Shown here: positions 8,720 through 18,127 of the stretch, in pieces
Numbering within the stretch: position 1 is the first letter of the stretch
Layout: every line of letters begins with the position of its first letter
Source: Deinococcaceae bacterium
GTDB taxonomy: Bacteria > Deinococcota > Deinococci > Deinococcales > Trueperaceae
Assembly: GCA_040256005.1 (NCBI GenBank)
Contig: JBDZWC010000024.1
Span: forward strand, 1-29,882
Length of the DNA: 29,882 nucleotides
Direction of reading: 5' to 3'
The notes under the pieces: generated by a model
What the model was told of the DNA's origin: nothing
Databases searched by the model: none
The model's input: only the letters and a program-made list of their open reading frames with translations
Program-made: the position numbers and the translations under genes

Positions 8720-10084
8720 TCACGCACGCGCCGCGGCCGAGGCCGCCGCGCTCTTCATGGTCAACGAGCGGAAGCGCAGGCAGAGGAGCAGCGCAGCGCA
8801 GCTGAGGCCGGCTATGAGCCCGAACCACATGCCGCGCGGTCCCATGTCGAGGGCGAAGGTACATGCCAGACCGACGGTGAAGCCCACCGCCCAGTACGAG
8901 ACGAGCGTCATGAGCATCGGCACGCGCGTGTCCTTCAGCCCCCTCAGCGCTCCGATGGCTGCCACCTGTACGCCGTCGACGACCTGGAACGCGCCAGCCA
9001 TGGTCAGGAACAAGGCGGCGTAGGTGACGACGCCGCGGTTGGCCGGGTCGTTGACGTCGATGAAGATGGCGGTCAAGGACCGCGGCGCGAATATGTAGAG
9101 GCATGCGGTGACCACCATGAACGAGGCGGCGACGGCTACGCCGAGCCACCCGGCACGTTTGACGCCATCGAGGTCACGTCTACCGGCGGCCTGGCCGACC
9201 CGAACGCTGGTGGCGGTGCCGACCGCGAGCGGCACCATGAACGACATGGACGCGAGCTGCATGGCGATCTGGTGGCCGGCCAGCGGTTCGCCGCCGAACA
9301 TGCCCATGATCAGAGCGGTGACCGAGAACAGCCCGGTCTCGAAGCCGATCGTGAGGCCGATGGGCCAGCCGAGTCCCGCCAGCTCACGAAGCTGCTTCGG
9401 CTCGACGCGCCAATCGCGGAACACCCGGAGATGCCGGTAGCCGCTGCTGATGACCAACGCCGCAGCCACCGCCATCAGCGAGTAGGTGATGGACGTGACG
9501 TACCCAGCTCCGGCCACACCCAACGCGGGCGCGCCGAGACGACCGAAGATGAGTACCTCGTTCAGACCGGCGTTGAGGAGCACGCCGGCGCCGAGGATGA
9601 ACATGATCGGCCTGGTCTGTCCGTTGCCCTCCAGGAAGCCGCGCAGCGCCACCAGGACCAATGCACCAGGTAACCCGAGCGCGACGGCACGGAGGTACGC
9701 GCCGGCGCCGGCCAGGACCTGCTCGTCTTGGCCTGTGAGCCGCAGTACGGGCAGAAGGTTCGTCACCAGCAGCGCGATGGGCACCGACACCGCGCCGGCC
9801 AGGATGACCCCGTTGCGGGCGGCTCGAGCGGCCTTGGCATGGTCGCCCGCGCCCACCGCCTGTGCCACCACCGGGTTGACGGCCATGGAGAAGGCCATCG
9901 TGATCAGGTAGACGAAGTTGAACGCGACCGCACCCAGGGCCAGCCCCGCCAACGGGATCGCGCCCAGGCGTCCCACCATCACCGTGTCGATGAAGCTCAT
10001 CCCGTTCTGGGCCAGTTGGGCCAGCACCAGCGGCGCTGCGACCGTGAGCAGGGCTCTCAGTTCTCTGGTGACGGTCTGCGGCAC
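8720..10084 (-). CDS. MATE family efflux transporter (NorM-like)
   Basis: FIDTVMVGRLG, GVAGAG, E.GLF, GHQIA, RVGQAAG and GALRGLKDT motifs; about 12 TM. GTG 10084 lies 6 nt after TATCGT. Confidence 0.92.
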   Translation of the reverse strand: MPQTVTRELRALLTVAAPLVLAQLAQNGMSFIDTVMVGRLGAIPLAGLALGAVAFNFVYLITMAFSMAVNPVVAQAVGAGDHAKAARAARNGVILAGAVSVPIALLVTNLLPVLRLTGQDEQVLAGAGAYLRAVALGLPGALVLVALRGFLEGNGQTRPIMFILGAGVLLNAGLNEVLIFGRLGAPALGVAGAGYVTSITYSLMAVAAALVISSGYRHLRVFRDWRVEPKQLRELAGLGWPIGLTIGFETGLFSVTALIMGMFGGEPLAGHQIAMQLASMSFMVPLAVGTATSVRVGQAAGRRDLDGVKRAGWLGVAVAASFMVVTACLYIFAPRSLTAIFIDVNDPANRGVVTYAALFLTMAGAFQVVDGVQVAAIGALRGLKDTRVPMLMTLVSYWAVGFTVGLACTFALDMGPRGMWFGLIAGLSCAALLLCLRFRSLTMKSAAASAAARA

Positions 10085-10127
10085 CGGCCCACGATACCCA
10101 CGTCTGCGAGCGCGGTAGCATCCCGGC

Positions 10128-11222
10128 ATGCGTGTGTTGCTAGCGGCCGTCCTCGTCGTCGTGCTCGTGCTCGGCGGCCTCTTCGCCTTCGGCTTGCCGC
10201 CCTTCGGGCAACGGGAACCGTCTCCTCCACCTGTGCCGGCCATCTTCCCGCTGGTAGAGGCCGGTGACGCCGCCGCCCTGCACGCGGCCGTCGCCGAGGG
10301 CGCCGACGTCCACGCTCGCAACGAAGCGGGGCTGACCCCTCTCATGGTCGCGGTCACCACCAACGTGCCCACGGACGTCATCGAGGAGCTGCTGGCCTCC
10401 GGCGCGGAGATCGACCAGCAGGCGGCGAACGGCGTGACCGCACTCATGCTGGCCGCTTCCGAGGGCACGCCCGCACAGGTCGTCTACCTGCTCAACGCGG
10501 GCGCCGACCCGACGCTGCGCGACGCCGACGGTCGCAGCGCGGCCGACCATGCCGCGAGCAACACATCGGTGCGGACATCGGGCGCCTACGTGAGGCTCAT
10601 CGAGGCGCAGGACATGGACTTCGTGGCCGGCTGGCCCAGCGCCTACGTGGTGCCCGTGGAGGGAGCGACGATCTCGAGCCGTCGCAACCACCTGCCGGGA
10701 GCGCCGCGGGCCTACCGCAACGGCGTCCATGAAGGCTTCGACTTCTACGCCGGCACCGTGAGCGTCCCCATCGACTACGGCACGCCCATCCGCGTGGCCG
10801 CCGACGGCGTCGTGATACGCGCCGACCACGACTACGTGGAGCACACTCTCGATGAGTACGAGGCGATCATAGCCGACGCCACGGCCGCCCTCGACACACC
10901 GCCGGAACTACTCGACGAGCTGCGTGGGCGCCAGGTGTGGGTGCGGCACCCCGGCGGGTTCATCACCCGCTACGCCCACCTGGCCACGATCGCCGAAGGG
11001 GTGGTCGAAGGCGCCCACGTCAGACAGGGCGACATCATCGCCACGACGGGTAACTCCGGCACGCTCGAGGCGGCCCAAGGCACGCGCGACGGCCCGCACC
11101 CGCACGTGGAGATCTGGCGCGGCGACGAGACGTTCCTGGGCGCCGCCATGGAGCCCGAGCAGATCTGGGCCCTGGCCGCGCAGGTGTTCGGCGAGGACGC
11201 ACTGCCGCCGTTCCACGACTAG
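10128..11222 (+). CDS. Exported or membrane-anchored ankyrin-repeat plus M23 metallopeptidase
   Basis: N-terminal hydrophobic segment; ankyrin motifs GLTPLMVA, GVTALMLAA and LLNAGADP; M23 motifs HEGFD, YAHL, GNSG and HPH. Confidence 0.85.
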   Translation: MRVLLAAVLVVVLVLGGLFAFGLPPFGQREPSPPPVPAIFPLVEAGDAAALHAAVAEGADVHARNEAGLTPLMVAVTTNVPTDVIEELLASGAEIDQQAANGVTALMLAASEGTPAQVVYLLNAGADPTLRDADGRSAADHAASNTSVRTSGAYVRLIEAQDMDFVAGWPSAYVVPVEGATISSRRNHLPGAPRAYRNGVHEGFDFYAGTVSVPIDYGTPIRVAADGVVIRADHDYVEHTLDEYEAIIADATAALDTPPELLDELRGRQVWVRHPGGFITRYAHLATIAEGVVEGAHVRQGDIIATTGNSGTLEAAQGTRDGPHPHVEIWRGDETFLGAAMEPEQIWALAAQVFGEDALPPFHD

Positions 11223-11231
11223 GTTTCGGTG

Positions 11232-11503
11232 GCTCCGCTCGGCCGACCTCGCCCGGCAGCCGAGTCCCATGCTCCCTACTCGCTCCGCTCGGGCCCCTAG
11301 GCCCAACGAACGAGTCCCAACATCTCTACTCGCTCCGCTCGGCCGACCTCGCCCGGCAGCCGAGTCGCAAGTTCCCTACTCGCTCCGCTCGGGCCCCTAG
11401 GCCCAACGAACGAGTCCCAACATCTCTACTCGCTCCGCTCGGCCGACCTCGCCCGGCAGCCGAGTCGCAAGTTCCCTACTCGCTCCGCTCGGGCCCCCAG
11501 GCC
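11232..11503. repeat. Intergenic tandem array with 50-bp period: 32-bp conserved core plus alternating 18-bp A/B segments
   Basis: GCTCCGCTCGG recurs at 11232, 11282, 11332, 11382, 11432 and 11482. Bases 11281-11380 are identical to 11381-11480. Confidence 0.95.
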
Positions 11504-11519
11504 TACCGGCCTAGGGGCC
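11492..11519 (-). terminator. GC-rich hairpin just downstream of the LOG-family gene (possible terminator or stabiliser)
   Basis: Minus strand reads GGCCCCTAGGCC-GGTA-GGCCTGGGGGCC, a 12-bp stem with one G-U pair. No U-tract follows. Confidence 0.4.
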
Positions 11520-11527
11520 GGGAGCTC

Positions 11528-12214
11528 CTACCACGGCAAGTTGAAGCCCGCGTGGTTCTCGTGCCGGTAGTAGTCCTCGATCTCCTGGGGGATCAGGCTC
11601 ACGTCGTCGCACACCTTGAACAGGTGGAGGTCGTTCTCGGAGATCGTCCCCTGCCTCAGCAGCGTTCCCTGGAACCATTGGATGAGGCCCTTCCAGTAGT
11701 CGACCCCGATGAAGTAGACGGGGAACGGCTTGATCTTCTTCGTCTGGATGAGCGTCAGGGCCTCTGACACCTCGTCGAGCGTGCCGAAACCTCCCGGGAA
11801 AGCTATGAACGCCGTGGAGTACTTGACCAGCATGACCTTGCGCACGAAGAAGTACTTGAAGTCGATCGAGTTGGTCAGGTAAGCGTTCGGCGCCTGCTCG
11901 TGAGGCAGGTCGATGTTGAGGCCGAAGCTCTGGCCGCCGCCGTCCAGCGCGCCGCGGTTGGCGGCCTCCATGACGCCGGGGCCGCCACCGGTCAGGACGG
12001 CGTAGCCGGCCTCCGCCAGCTCCTTCGCGAGGTTGCGGGCCGAGGCATATACGGGCGAGTCTTCCGTGACCCTGGCGGAACCGAAGATCGTGACGGCCTT
12101 GTTGACGCCCGCCAGTTCCTCGAAGCCCTGAGCGAACTCGCCCAGGATCCTGAACATGCGCCAGGAGTCCTCGGCCAGCGCATCGATGACGTACTGCTTC
12201 TCGATGTCCTGCAT
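11528..12214 (-). CDS. LOG-family (TIGR00730-type) nucleotide phosphoribohydrolase
   Basis: IFGSAR, TGGGPGVMEAANRGA, YFFVRK and PGGFGTLDE motifs. Confidence 0.9.
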   Translation of the reverse strand: MQDIEKQYVIDALAEDSWRMFRILGEFAQGFEELAGVNKAVTIFGSARVTEDSPVYASARNLAKELAEAGYAVLTGGGPGVMEAANRGALDGGGQSFGLNIDLPHEQAPNAYLTNSIDFKYFFVRKVMLVKYSTAFIAFPGGFGTLDEVSEALTLIQTKKIKPFPVYFIGVDYWKGLIQWFQGTLLRQGTISENDLHLFKVCDDVSLIPQEIEDYYRHENHAGFNLPW

Positions 12215-12263
12215 CCGCAGAGGTTAGCAGCCGACCGACGATGCCTGGCGTCCCGATCTCGAG

Positions 12264-14582
12264 CTAGTCGCGCAGCTCCACGACCGTGACACCGTGGCCG
12301 CCCTCGTACGGCCCGGCGTCCGCGAAGCTCTTCACGCTCCTCGTCGTCTTGAGCTCCTGCCTTATGGCGTCGCGCAGCGCCCCCGTGCCCTTGCCGTGGA
12401 GGATCCGCACCGTCCCCGAACGCAAGGCATGGGTCTCGGCGATGAAGTCGCGGACGGCCTCCAGCGCCTCGTCCACGCGGGCGCCCCGCACGTCCAGCTC
12501 CTGCGCCTTGGGGGCGGGACCCGCCGGCACCGGCGCGCGCCTCTTCGTTCCTGGGCCGGGCTCCTCCGCTACAGGCTGAGCCGCGCGCTTGGGTACCTCC
12601 ACCTTCACCAGGCCCAGCTGCACGAGGACAGCGTCGCCGCGCTCCTCCAGCACTCGCCCGCGGGCGTTGTAGTCCGCCACGTGCACTAGGACGCCGGGGC
12701 GCCACGGGTCCTCATGTGTTTCGGTGGTCGGCTGCTGGGTGCCGCGCTTGGTACGTGCGGCGTCCCGGGCCGCGCGCCTCAGCTCCTGTAACTCCTCCAG
12801 CGCCTTGGAGCGCTCCTCGGGTCTTGACGTCGCTGCGCGCTTGAGCTTCGTAGCGCGCTGCAGCGTCTCGCCCAGCAGCTCCTCTGCCCTCGCGGCGGCC
12901 GCCGCCAGGAGCTCCTCCTCGCGTGCTCGCAGCGTGGCGATCTGCTCCCGGAGCACCTCGGCCTCCTTCACGGCGATCTCGCCGCTACGCCTGGCCTCGT
13001 CGCGCTCCGCCGTGAGCTCCGCTCGCTGCTCCTCGAGCGCGGCCAGCAGGGTCTCGAGCCGCCCTGCCTCCGCGCCGAGCAGCTCCGACGCCCGCGCCAG
13101 GAGCCCCTCGTCGAGGCCGATGCGCTCGGCGATCGCCAGGGCGTAGCTGCGTCCCGGTTGGCCGACGACCAGGCGGTAGGTGGGCCGCAAGTGCTCCAGG
13201 TCGAAGCTCATGGCGGCGTTCACGACGCCCTCCGACTCGCTGGCGAACACCTTGAGCGGGGCCAGGTGCGTCGTGACGACGCCGCGCGAGCCCCCTTCCC
13301 TCACCCTCTCCAGGATCGCTTGCGACAGCGCGGCGCCCTCGTCGGGGTCGGTGCCGGAGCCCAGCTCGTCGATGAGCACGAGGGTCCTGGGCCCGGCCCG
13401 CTCCACGATGTCCTTGAGGTTCACGAGGTGTCCGGCGTAGGTAGAGAGGGACGCCTCGATGCTCTGCTGGTCTCCTATGTCGGTGAGAAGCTCGTCCAGG
13501 CGCGGCACCAGCGCCGGTCTCTCGGCCGACGCGGCCACGAACAGCCCGCTGTGCGCCATGACGGCTGCCAGGCCCACGGTCTTGAGGAGCACGGTCTTGC
13601 CGCCGGCGTTCGGGCCGGTGACGATCAGGAGACGCCGGTAGGCGTCCAGCTCCACGTCGTTGGGCACGCAACCCTCGACGAGTGGGTGCCTGGCGGCGAC
13701 CAGACGCACACGTCCGCCCTCGTCGAAGGTGGGCAGGGTGAGCCGCCAGTCCTTGGCCAGCCTGGCGGCGGCGTTGACGACGTCCAGCCGCGCCACCGCG
13801 GCCAGGCTCTGGTCCACCAGCGGCTCGTCGGCGAGCCGCCTGGCCAGCGTCAGCAGGATGCGCCTGACCTCGTCCCGCTCCTCCATCTCCAGCAGCGCGA
13901 GCTCGTTGTTCAGCGGCACCACCGACGACGGCTCGATGAAGACGGTGGCCCCGGAGTCGGAGCGGTCCAGCGCCAGGCCCGGCACGCGCGACTGCGAGGA
14001 AGCCTTCACCGGGATCACGTACCGGTCCCGCCGTAGCGTTATCAGCGGCTCCTGCACGTCGGCGGCGTGCGCCTCGAGCAGCCGGTTCAGCCGGTCGCGG
14101 ATCTGGCCCCGGAGCGGCGCCAGGCGCCGCCTGATGTCGCGCAGCTTGGGGGTGGCGTCGTCGCGCACGTTGCCGTCCACGTCCAGCTGCTCACGGACGA
14201 GCCTGAGGACGCCGTCGAAGCTGCCGATCAGCTCGGCGAGCTCGGTCAAGGCGGCGCGGCCTGACAGGGCGATCCCCCGTCTGAGCGTGGCGGCGGCATC
14301 GAGCGTGTACGCGACGCTGAGGACCTCGCGGCCGTCCAGCATGCCGCCCTCGCGCACGCGGTGCAGGAGCGGCCTGACGTCCTCGATGCCACCCAGCGAC
14401 AGCTCGCCCCCCTCGATCACCTCGCTGACCCGACGGTGCATCGCGGTAGCGGCCTCGATGCCAGAGCCGGGATCCAGCTCACGCGCCAGGTCGGCTCCCA
14501 AGCTGGTGCCGGCGCGGTCCGCGAGGGACGCGAGCACGCGGCCCCACGACAGGTGCTCAAGGGTCTGCGGGCTCGTCAACAC
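12264..14582 (-). CDS. mutS2: Endonuclease MutS2
   Basis: Walker A GPNAGGKT, IGDQQSIE, LIDELGSGTD, coiled coil, and a C-terminal Smr domain (LDVRG…ILHGKGTG). No mismatch-binding domain is recognisable. Confidence 0.95.
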   Translation of the reverse strand: MLTSPQTLEHLSWGRVLASLADRAGTSLGADLARELDPGSGIEAATAMHRRVSEVIEGGELSLGGIEDVRPLLHRVREGGMLDGREVLSVAYTLDAAATLRRGIALSGRAALTELAELIGSFDGVLRLVREQLDVDGNVRDDATPKLRDIRRRLAPLRGQIRDRLNRLLEAHAADVQEPLITLRRDRYVIPVKASSQSRVPGLALDRSDSGATVFIEPSSVVPLNNELALLEMEERDEVRRILLTLARRLADEPLVDQSLAAVARLDVVNAAARLAKDWRLTLPTFDEGGRVRLVAARHPLVEGCVPNDVELDAYRRLLIVTGPNAGGKTVLLKTVGLAAVMAHSGLFVAASAERPALVPRLDELLTDIGDQQSIEASLSTYAGHLVNLKDIVERAGPRTLVLIDELGSGTDPDEGAALSQAILERVREGGSRGVVTTHLAPLKVFASESEGVVNAAMSFDLEHLRPTYRLVVGQPGRSYALAIAERIGLDEGLLARASELLGAEAGRLETLLAALEEQRAELTAERDEARRSGEIAVKEAEVLREQIATLRAREEELLAAAAARAEELLGETLQRATKLKRAATSRPEERSKALEELQELRRAARDAARTKRGTQQPTTETHEDPWRPGVLVHVADYNARGRVLEERGDAVLVQLGLVKVEVPKRAAQPVAEEPGPGTKRRAPVPAGPAPKAQELDVRGARVDEALEAVRDFIAETHALRSGTVRILHGKGTGALRDAIRQELKTTRSVKSFADAGPYEGGHGVTVVELRD

Positions 14583-14604
14583 GGCCGCACAGTATAGGGG
14601 TTGA

Positions 14605-16737
14605 TCAGCGAGCTGCCTGGATCGCGGTCAGGGCGATCGTGTAGACGATGTCCTCGACCGAGGCGCCGCGGGAGAGGTCGTTGACCGGCCGCCGCAGCCC
14701 CTGGAGCATGGGCCCGATCGAGATCACGTCGGCCGCCCGCTGCACCGCCTTGTACGTGGCGTTGCCGCTGTTTAGGTCTGGAAAGACCAGCACGGTGGCA
14801 CGGCCGGCGATCACGGAGTCGGGAACCTTCTGCTTGGCGACCTCTGGCACCGTGGCGGCGTCGTACTGCAGAGGGCCCTCGATGAGCAGGTCCGGTCGCC
14901 GCTGCTTGGCGATGGCCGTGGCCCGCTTCACCTTCTCGACGTCGACGCCTTCGCCAGAGGCGCCGGTGGAGTAGCTGATGAGCGCCACCCTGGCAGGCAC
15001 GCCGAACGCCATGGCGGACTCCGCCGACTGGATCGCGATGTCGGCCAGCTCCTCGGGGTTGGGGTCAGGGTTCACCGCGCAGTCTCCGAACACCACGACC
15101 TCGTCCGGCAGGCACATGAAGAACACCGAGGAGACCAGCAGCGCGTCCGCGCGCGTCTTCACCAACTGCAGTGCCGGCCTGATCGTGTGGGCGGTCGTGT
15201 TGACGGCGCCGGCTACGAGCCCGTCCACCTCGCCCGTCGCCAGCATCATGGTGGCCAGCACGACGTCGTCCTTCAGCTGGTTCCGAGCCCCGTCGGCCGT
15301 GAGGCCCTTGTGGCTCCGCAGCTCCACCATGCGCTCCACGTACCGCTCGCGAAGCTCGTCGGTGGGGGCGACGACCTCCACGCCAGGGCCCAGGCTGACG
15401 CCGACGGCCTCCGCGGCCAGGGTGACCTGGTCGGGCTCGCCGATCAGGCGGCACCGCGCGATGCCGCGCTCGGCGCAGTAGGCGGCCGCCCTCAGCGTGC
15501 GCGGCTCGAGCCCCTCAGGAAGGACTATGAGCCGGTTGGCGGCCCTGGCGCGCTCCACGAGGCGGTGCAGGAACGCAGGCGGCGACAGGCGCGGCTCGCG
15601 ACCCTCGGCGAGGCGCTCTACCAGCCACTCGAGCGAGAGCCGCTCGGCGACGGCGTCCATGACCCAGCCCAGGCGCTCGGTGTCGTCGAGGGGCACCTCG
15701 GGGTCTATGGCGGCCGCTCGCGCCGCCGTGACGTAGGAGTCGGTGGGCACCGACAGGACGGGCAGGCCGGTGGCGAACGCTCTGGCGCAGAGCTTCATGA
15801 TCGCGGGGCTCGGCTCGATGCCCCCGGTGATCACGAGACCGGCCAGGGGTACGCCGTTCATCGCCGCCATGGCCACGGCCAGGATGACGTCCTCGCGGTC
15901 GCCTGGCGTGATCAGGAGGGCGTCCGGACGCAGGCGGTGCGTCATGTTCCCCACCGTGCGGGCGACCAGGGAGACGTCCACGACCCGCCGCGTATCGATC
16001 TCGCCCTCGAAGGTCACGGCCGCGCCCAGGTGCTCGGCCATGTCCCGCGTCCTGGGAGAGGAGAGCCTAGGGTCGAACGGCACGGCGCCGAGCAGCCTCA
16101 GTTCGCCCGAGGCAAGCACCGGGGTCCGCGCCACCAACTCGTCTGCGCTGGGCACCGTCATGTCCTCGCCCGGGTCGCGTCTGGCCGCCCCGGTGACCCG
16201 GCCGAAGTCGGCTCCCAGCTTGTTCACGACCACACCGAGGACCCTGGCCGCGGCCGCACCGCCGAAGGGCTCGGCGGCCACACGCAACCGGTCCGATAGC
16301 GCTTGCGGCGCCTCTCCGAGTGTCGCTACCAGGATCACCCGCGCGTCGATGGCCTGTGCCAGTTGAGCGTTCAGCGCGTCTAGCTCCGGATGGCTGGCGG
16401 TAGCCGTGAGGCCCTCGACGACAACGACGTCGTTGTCCTGGGCGGCCGCTTCGAAGAGAGCGACGGTCTCCTGTAGCAGCTCGTGACGCCTACCGCCGGC
16501 CAGCAGCGCCTCGGCCCTGGCGAACGGGAGCGGATCGGGTGGCCGGCTCGCCGAGCCCCCGGCGGCGAAGGAGGTGGACCTCTCCGGTCCGACGTCGTCG
16601 CCCGGCTGCCTGATGGGTTTCACGAAACCGGCGCGCAGGCCGCGAGCTTCCAGCGCCCGCAACAGGCCGAGGCTCACAGACGTCAGCCCGACCCCTCCCT
16701 CGGTCGGCACGAGCATGAGAGCCGATGGCGCCTTCAC
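14605..16737 (-). CDS. pta: Phosphate acetyltransferase, long form (BioD-like + DRTGG + PTA_PTB)
   Basis: GVGLTSVSLGL, ITPGDRED, IVLPEG.EPRT, GDCAVNPDP, GPLQYDAA, FPDLNSGN and VNDLSRG. GTG 16737 lies 7 nt after TAAGCT. Confidence 0.95.
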   Translation of the reverse strand: MKAPSALMLVPTEGGVGLTSVSLGLLRALEARGLRAGFVKPIRQPGDDVGPERSTSFAAGGSASRPPDPLPFARAEALLAGGRRHELLQETVALFEAAAQDNDVVVVEGLTATASHPELDALNAQLAQAIDARVILVATLGEAPQALSDRLRVAAEPFGGAAAARVLGVVVNKLGADFGRVTGAARRDPGEDMTVPSADELVARTPVLASGELRLLGAVPFDPRLSSPRTRDMAEHLGAAVTFEGEIDTRRVVDVSLVARTVGNMTHRLRPDALLITPGDREDVILAVAMAAMNGVPLAGLVITGGIEPSPAIMKLCARAFATGLPVLSVPTDSYVTAARAAAIDPEVPLDDTERLGWVMDAVAERLSLEWLVERLAEGREPRLSPPAFLHRLVERARAANRLIVLPEGLEPRTLRAAAYCAERGIARCRLIGEPDQVTLAAEAVGVSLGPGVEVVAPTDELRERYVERMVELRSHKGLTADGARNQLKDDVVLATMMLATGEVDGLVAGAVNTTAHTIRPALQLVKTRADALLVSSVFFMCLPDEVVVFGDCAVNPDPNPEELADIAIQSAESAMAFGVPARVALISYSTGASGEGVDVEKVKRATAIAKQRRPDLLIEGPLQYDAATVPEVAKQKVPDSVIAGRATVLVFPDLNSGNATYKAVQRAADVISIGPMLQGLRRPVNDLSRGASVEDIVYTIALTAIQAAR

Positions 16738-16799
16738 GGGGTCGAGCTTACAGTCGGGGGCGTGAGGCGCTAAGCTCTGCCAAAGCGAAGGAGAAGAAG

Positions 16800-17354
16800 A
16801 TGAGCGACCCGTTAGAGCCAGGAGCGACAGAACCCGTCCCGCCTCCGGCGCAGCCGATGGGCGATACCCCGGTGGTGACGACCGGGCCAGGTGGAGGCCC
16901 AACCGGTCACGCCAAGGCCGACACGGGCAAGCGCGCCTTGGCTTTCATCATCGACCTGGCGGTCGCCTGGGTCCTGAGCGCGGTCATCCCCACCTTCATC
17001 GGCCCGCTCCTGGGAGCGCTCTACCTGCTGCTGCGTGACGGGTTCTCCTTCGAGTACATGGACGGCCGCTCGCTCGGCAAGCGCCTCATCGGCCTCCGGC
17101 CCGTGCGGCTCGACGGCGGCAAGATGGACCTCGGCACGTCAGCCTCGCGCAACTGGACGATCGCGCTGGCGTCGTTGGCCGGCTCTTTCGGCGTTTTCGG
17201 GGTGCTCATCACCCTCGGCCTGGTGCTGCTGCTGATCTTCGGCGGAGCCATCCTGCAACTCGTGGAGATCGTCCTCACGATCACGGACAGCGAGGGGCGC
17301 CGCCTGGGAGACAAGTTCGCCGGCACCGTGGTCGTCGAGACTCCCACCACCTGA
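16800..17354 (+). CDS. RDD family membrane protein
   Basis: KRALAFIID, GRSLGKRLIGLR and RRLGDKFAGTVVV motifs. AAGGAG RBS precedes ATG 16800. Confidence 0.85.
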   Translation: MSDPLEPGATEPVPPPAQPMGDTPVVTTGPGGGPTGHAKADTGKRALAFIIDLAVAWVLSAVIPTFIGPLLGALYLLLRDGFSFEYMDGRSLGKRLIGLRPVRLDGGKMDLGTSASRNWTIALASLAGSFGVFGVLITLGLVLLLIFGGAILQLVEIVLTITDSEGRRLGDKFAGTVVVETPTT

Positions 17355-17420
17355 GCGCGGGAGCCAGGATAGTCAGCTAGCTGGCGCGCGGCGCACGTCT
17401 GCGCGCGCTTTCGGAAACCT

Positions 17421-17906
17421 TCAACGCTGCTCGGGCTCGGCGGCGTCGGCGCCCGCGATGTCCCGGTCGGTCACTGCTCCCTTGCGCGGCCGCGCTGCCG
17501 CCCTGATCGCCTCCACCGTCACGATGCGGCGGCTCATGGCGAGGGCGAACGTGAGGATGGCCGCGAACGTCAGCGCGCCGCTGGTCGAGAAGAGCACGTG
17601 CGGCAAGGCGCCCCCTGTGAGCCGCCACCAGGGCTCGCCCACCACGCGAGCGATCATCCCCGTCTGTAGGAAGGCGAACGTCACGGCCTCGAGTCGCGCC
17701 TGCTTGATCCCACCGGGTCTGGGCAGCATCCAGTAGGCGACCCCCATGACCATGGAGAGCAGGAAGCCGACGGTACCGAGGTGACCGTGGGTGGGCGCCA
17801 ACGCGCCGGCCAGGTGCGGCCACACGGCCATGCTGGCGCCCACCAACCCGGCGAGCACCAGCCAGGCGATGCCGCACCTCAGGAACGCGACCTGCCAGCG
17901 GCTCAG
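17421..17906 (-). CDS. 4-TM heme-copper-oxidase-homology membrane protein (HxH motif), probable CTG start
   Basis: THGHLGTVGF…GVAYWMLPR motif. The first hydrophobic helix (SRWQVAFLRCGIAWLVLAGLVG) begins right after CTG 17906, which overlaps the upstream TGA. Confidence 0.7.
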   Translation of the reverse strand: MSRWQVAFLRCGIAWLVLAGLVGASMAVWPHLAGALAPTHGHLGTVGFLLSMVMGVAYWMLPRPGGIKQARLEAVTFAFLQTGMIARVVGEPWWRLTGGALPHVLFSTSGALTFAAILTFALAMSRRIVTVEAIRAAARPRKGAVTDRDIAGADAAEPEQR

Positions 17907-18127
17907 GCTGCCTTGCCCACCTTCACGCGCCAGCGCTCCGGACCCTGCTCGAGGTACGCCCAGGCGAGCTGCCCCGCCCGTTCGGCCTGGAGCTGGTAGT
18001 AGAGGGGCTTGGGATCATGATCGTTGACCAGCTCGAACGCCTCGCCGGGCGCCAGTTCGTCGAACGTGCGGAAGATCATCGGATGCCGCTCGCGCGGCGG
18101 GATCGCGCGTACGTCAAGCTGTTTCAT
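17903..18127 (-). CDS. DUF2249 domain protein
   Basis: LDVRAIPPRERHPMIF…LVNDHDPKPLYYQL…GPERWRV. ATGA overlap with the ferredoxin gene. Confidence 0.88.
   Translation of the reverse strand: MKQLDVRAIPPRERHPMIFRTFDELAPGEAFELVNDHDPKPLYYQLQAERAGQLAWAYLEQGPERWRVKVGKAA

Noticed and set aside
8025..9149. 374-aa ORF as a single protein
   Set aside because: The upstream portion overlaps MATE out of frame and is low-complexity. Only 8025-8525 looks coding.
8720..10468. N-terminally extended MATE (likewise the extended pta, mreB, thiB, RDD, cupin and DUF2249 ORF-track starts)
   Set aside because: The extensions overlap neighbouring genes or the riboswitch. Family motifs and -10/RBS positions support the shorter starts.
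11232..11503. CRISPR array (32-bp repeat plus spacers)
   Set aside because: The 18-bp linkers are short and alternate between two sequences rather than being unique. The cores vary internally, and there is no cas gene or AT-rich leader.
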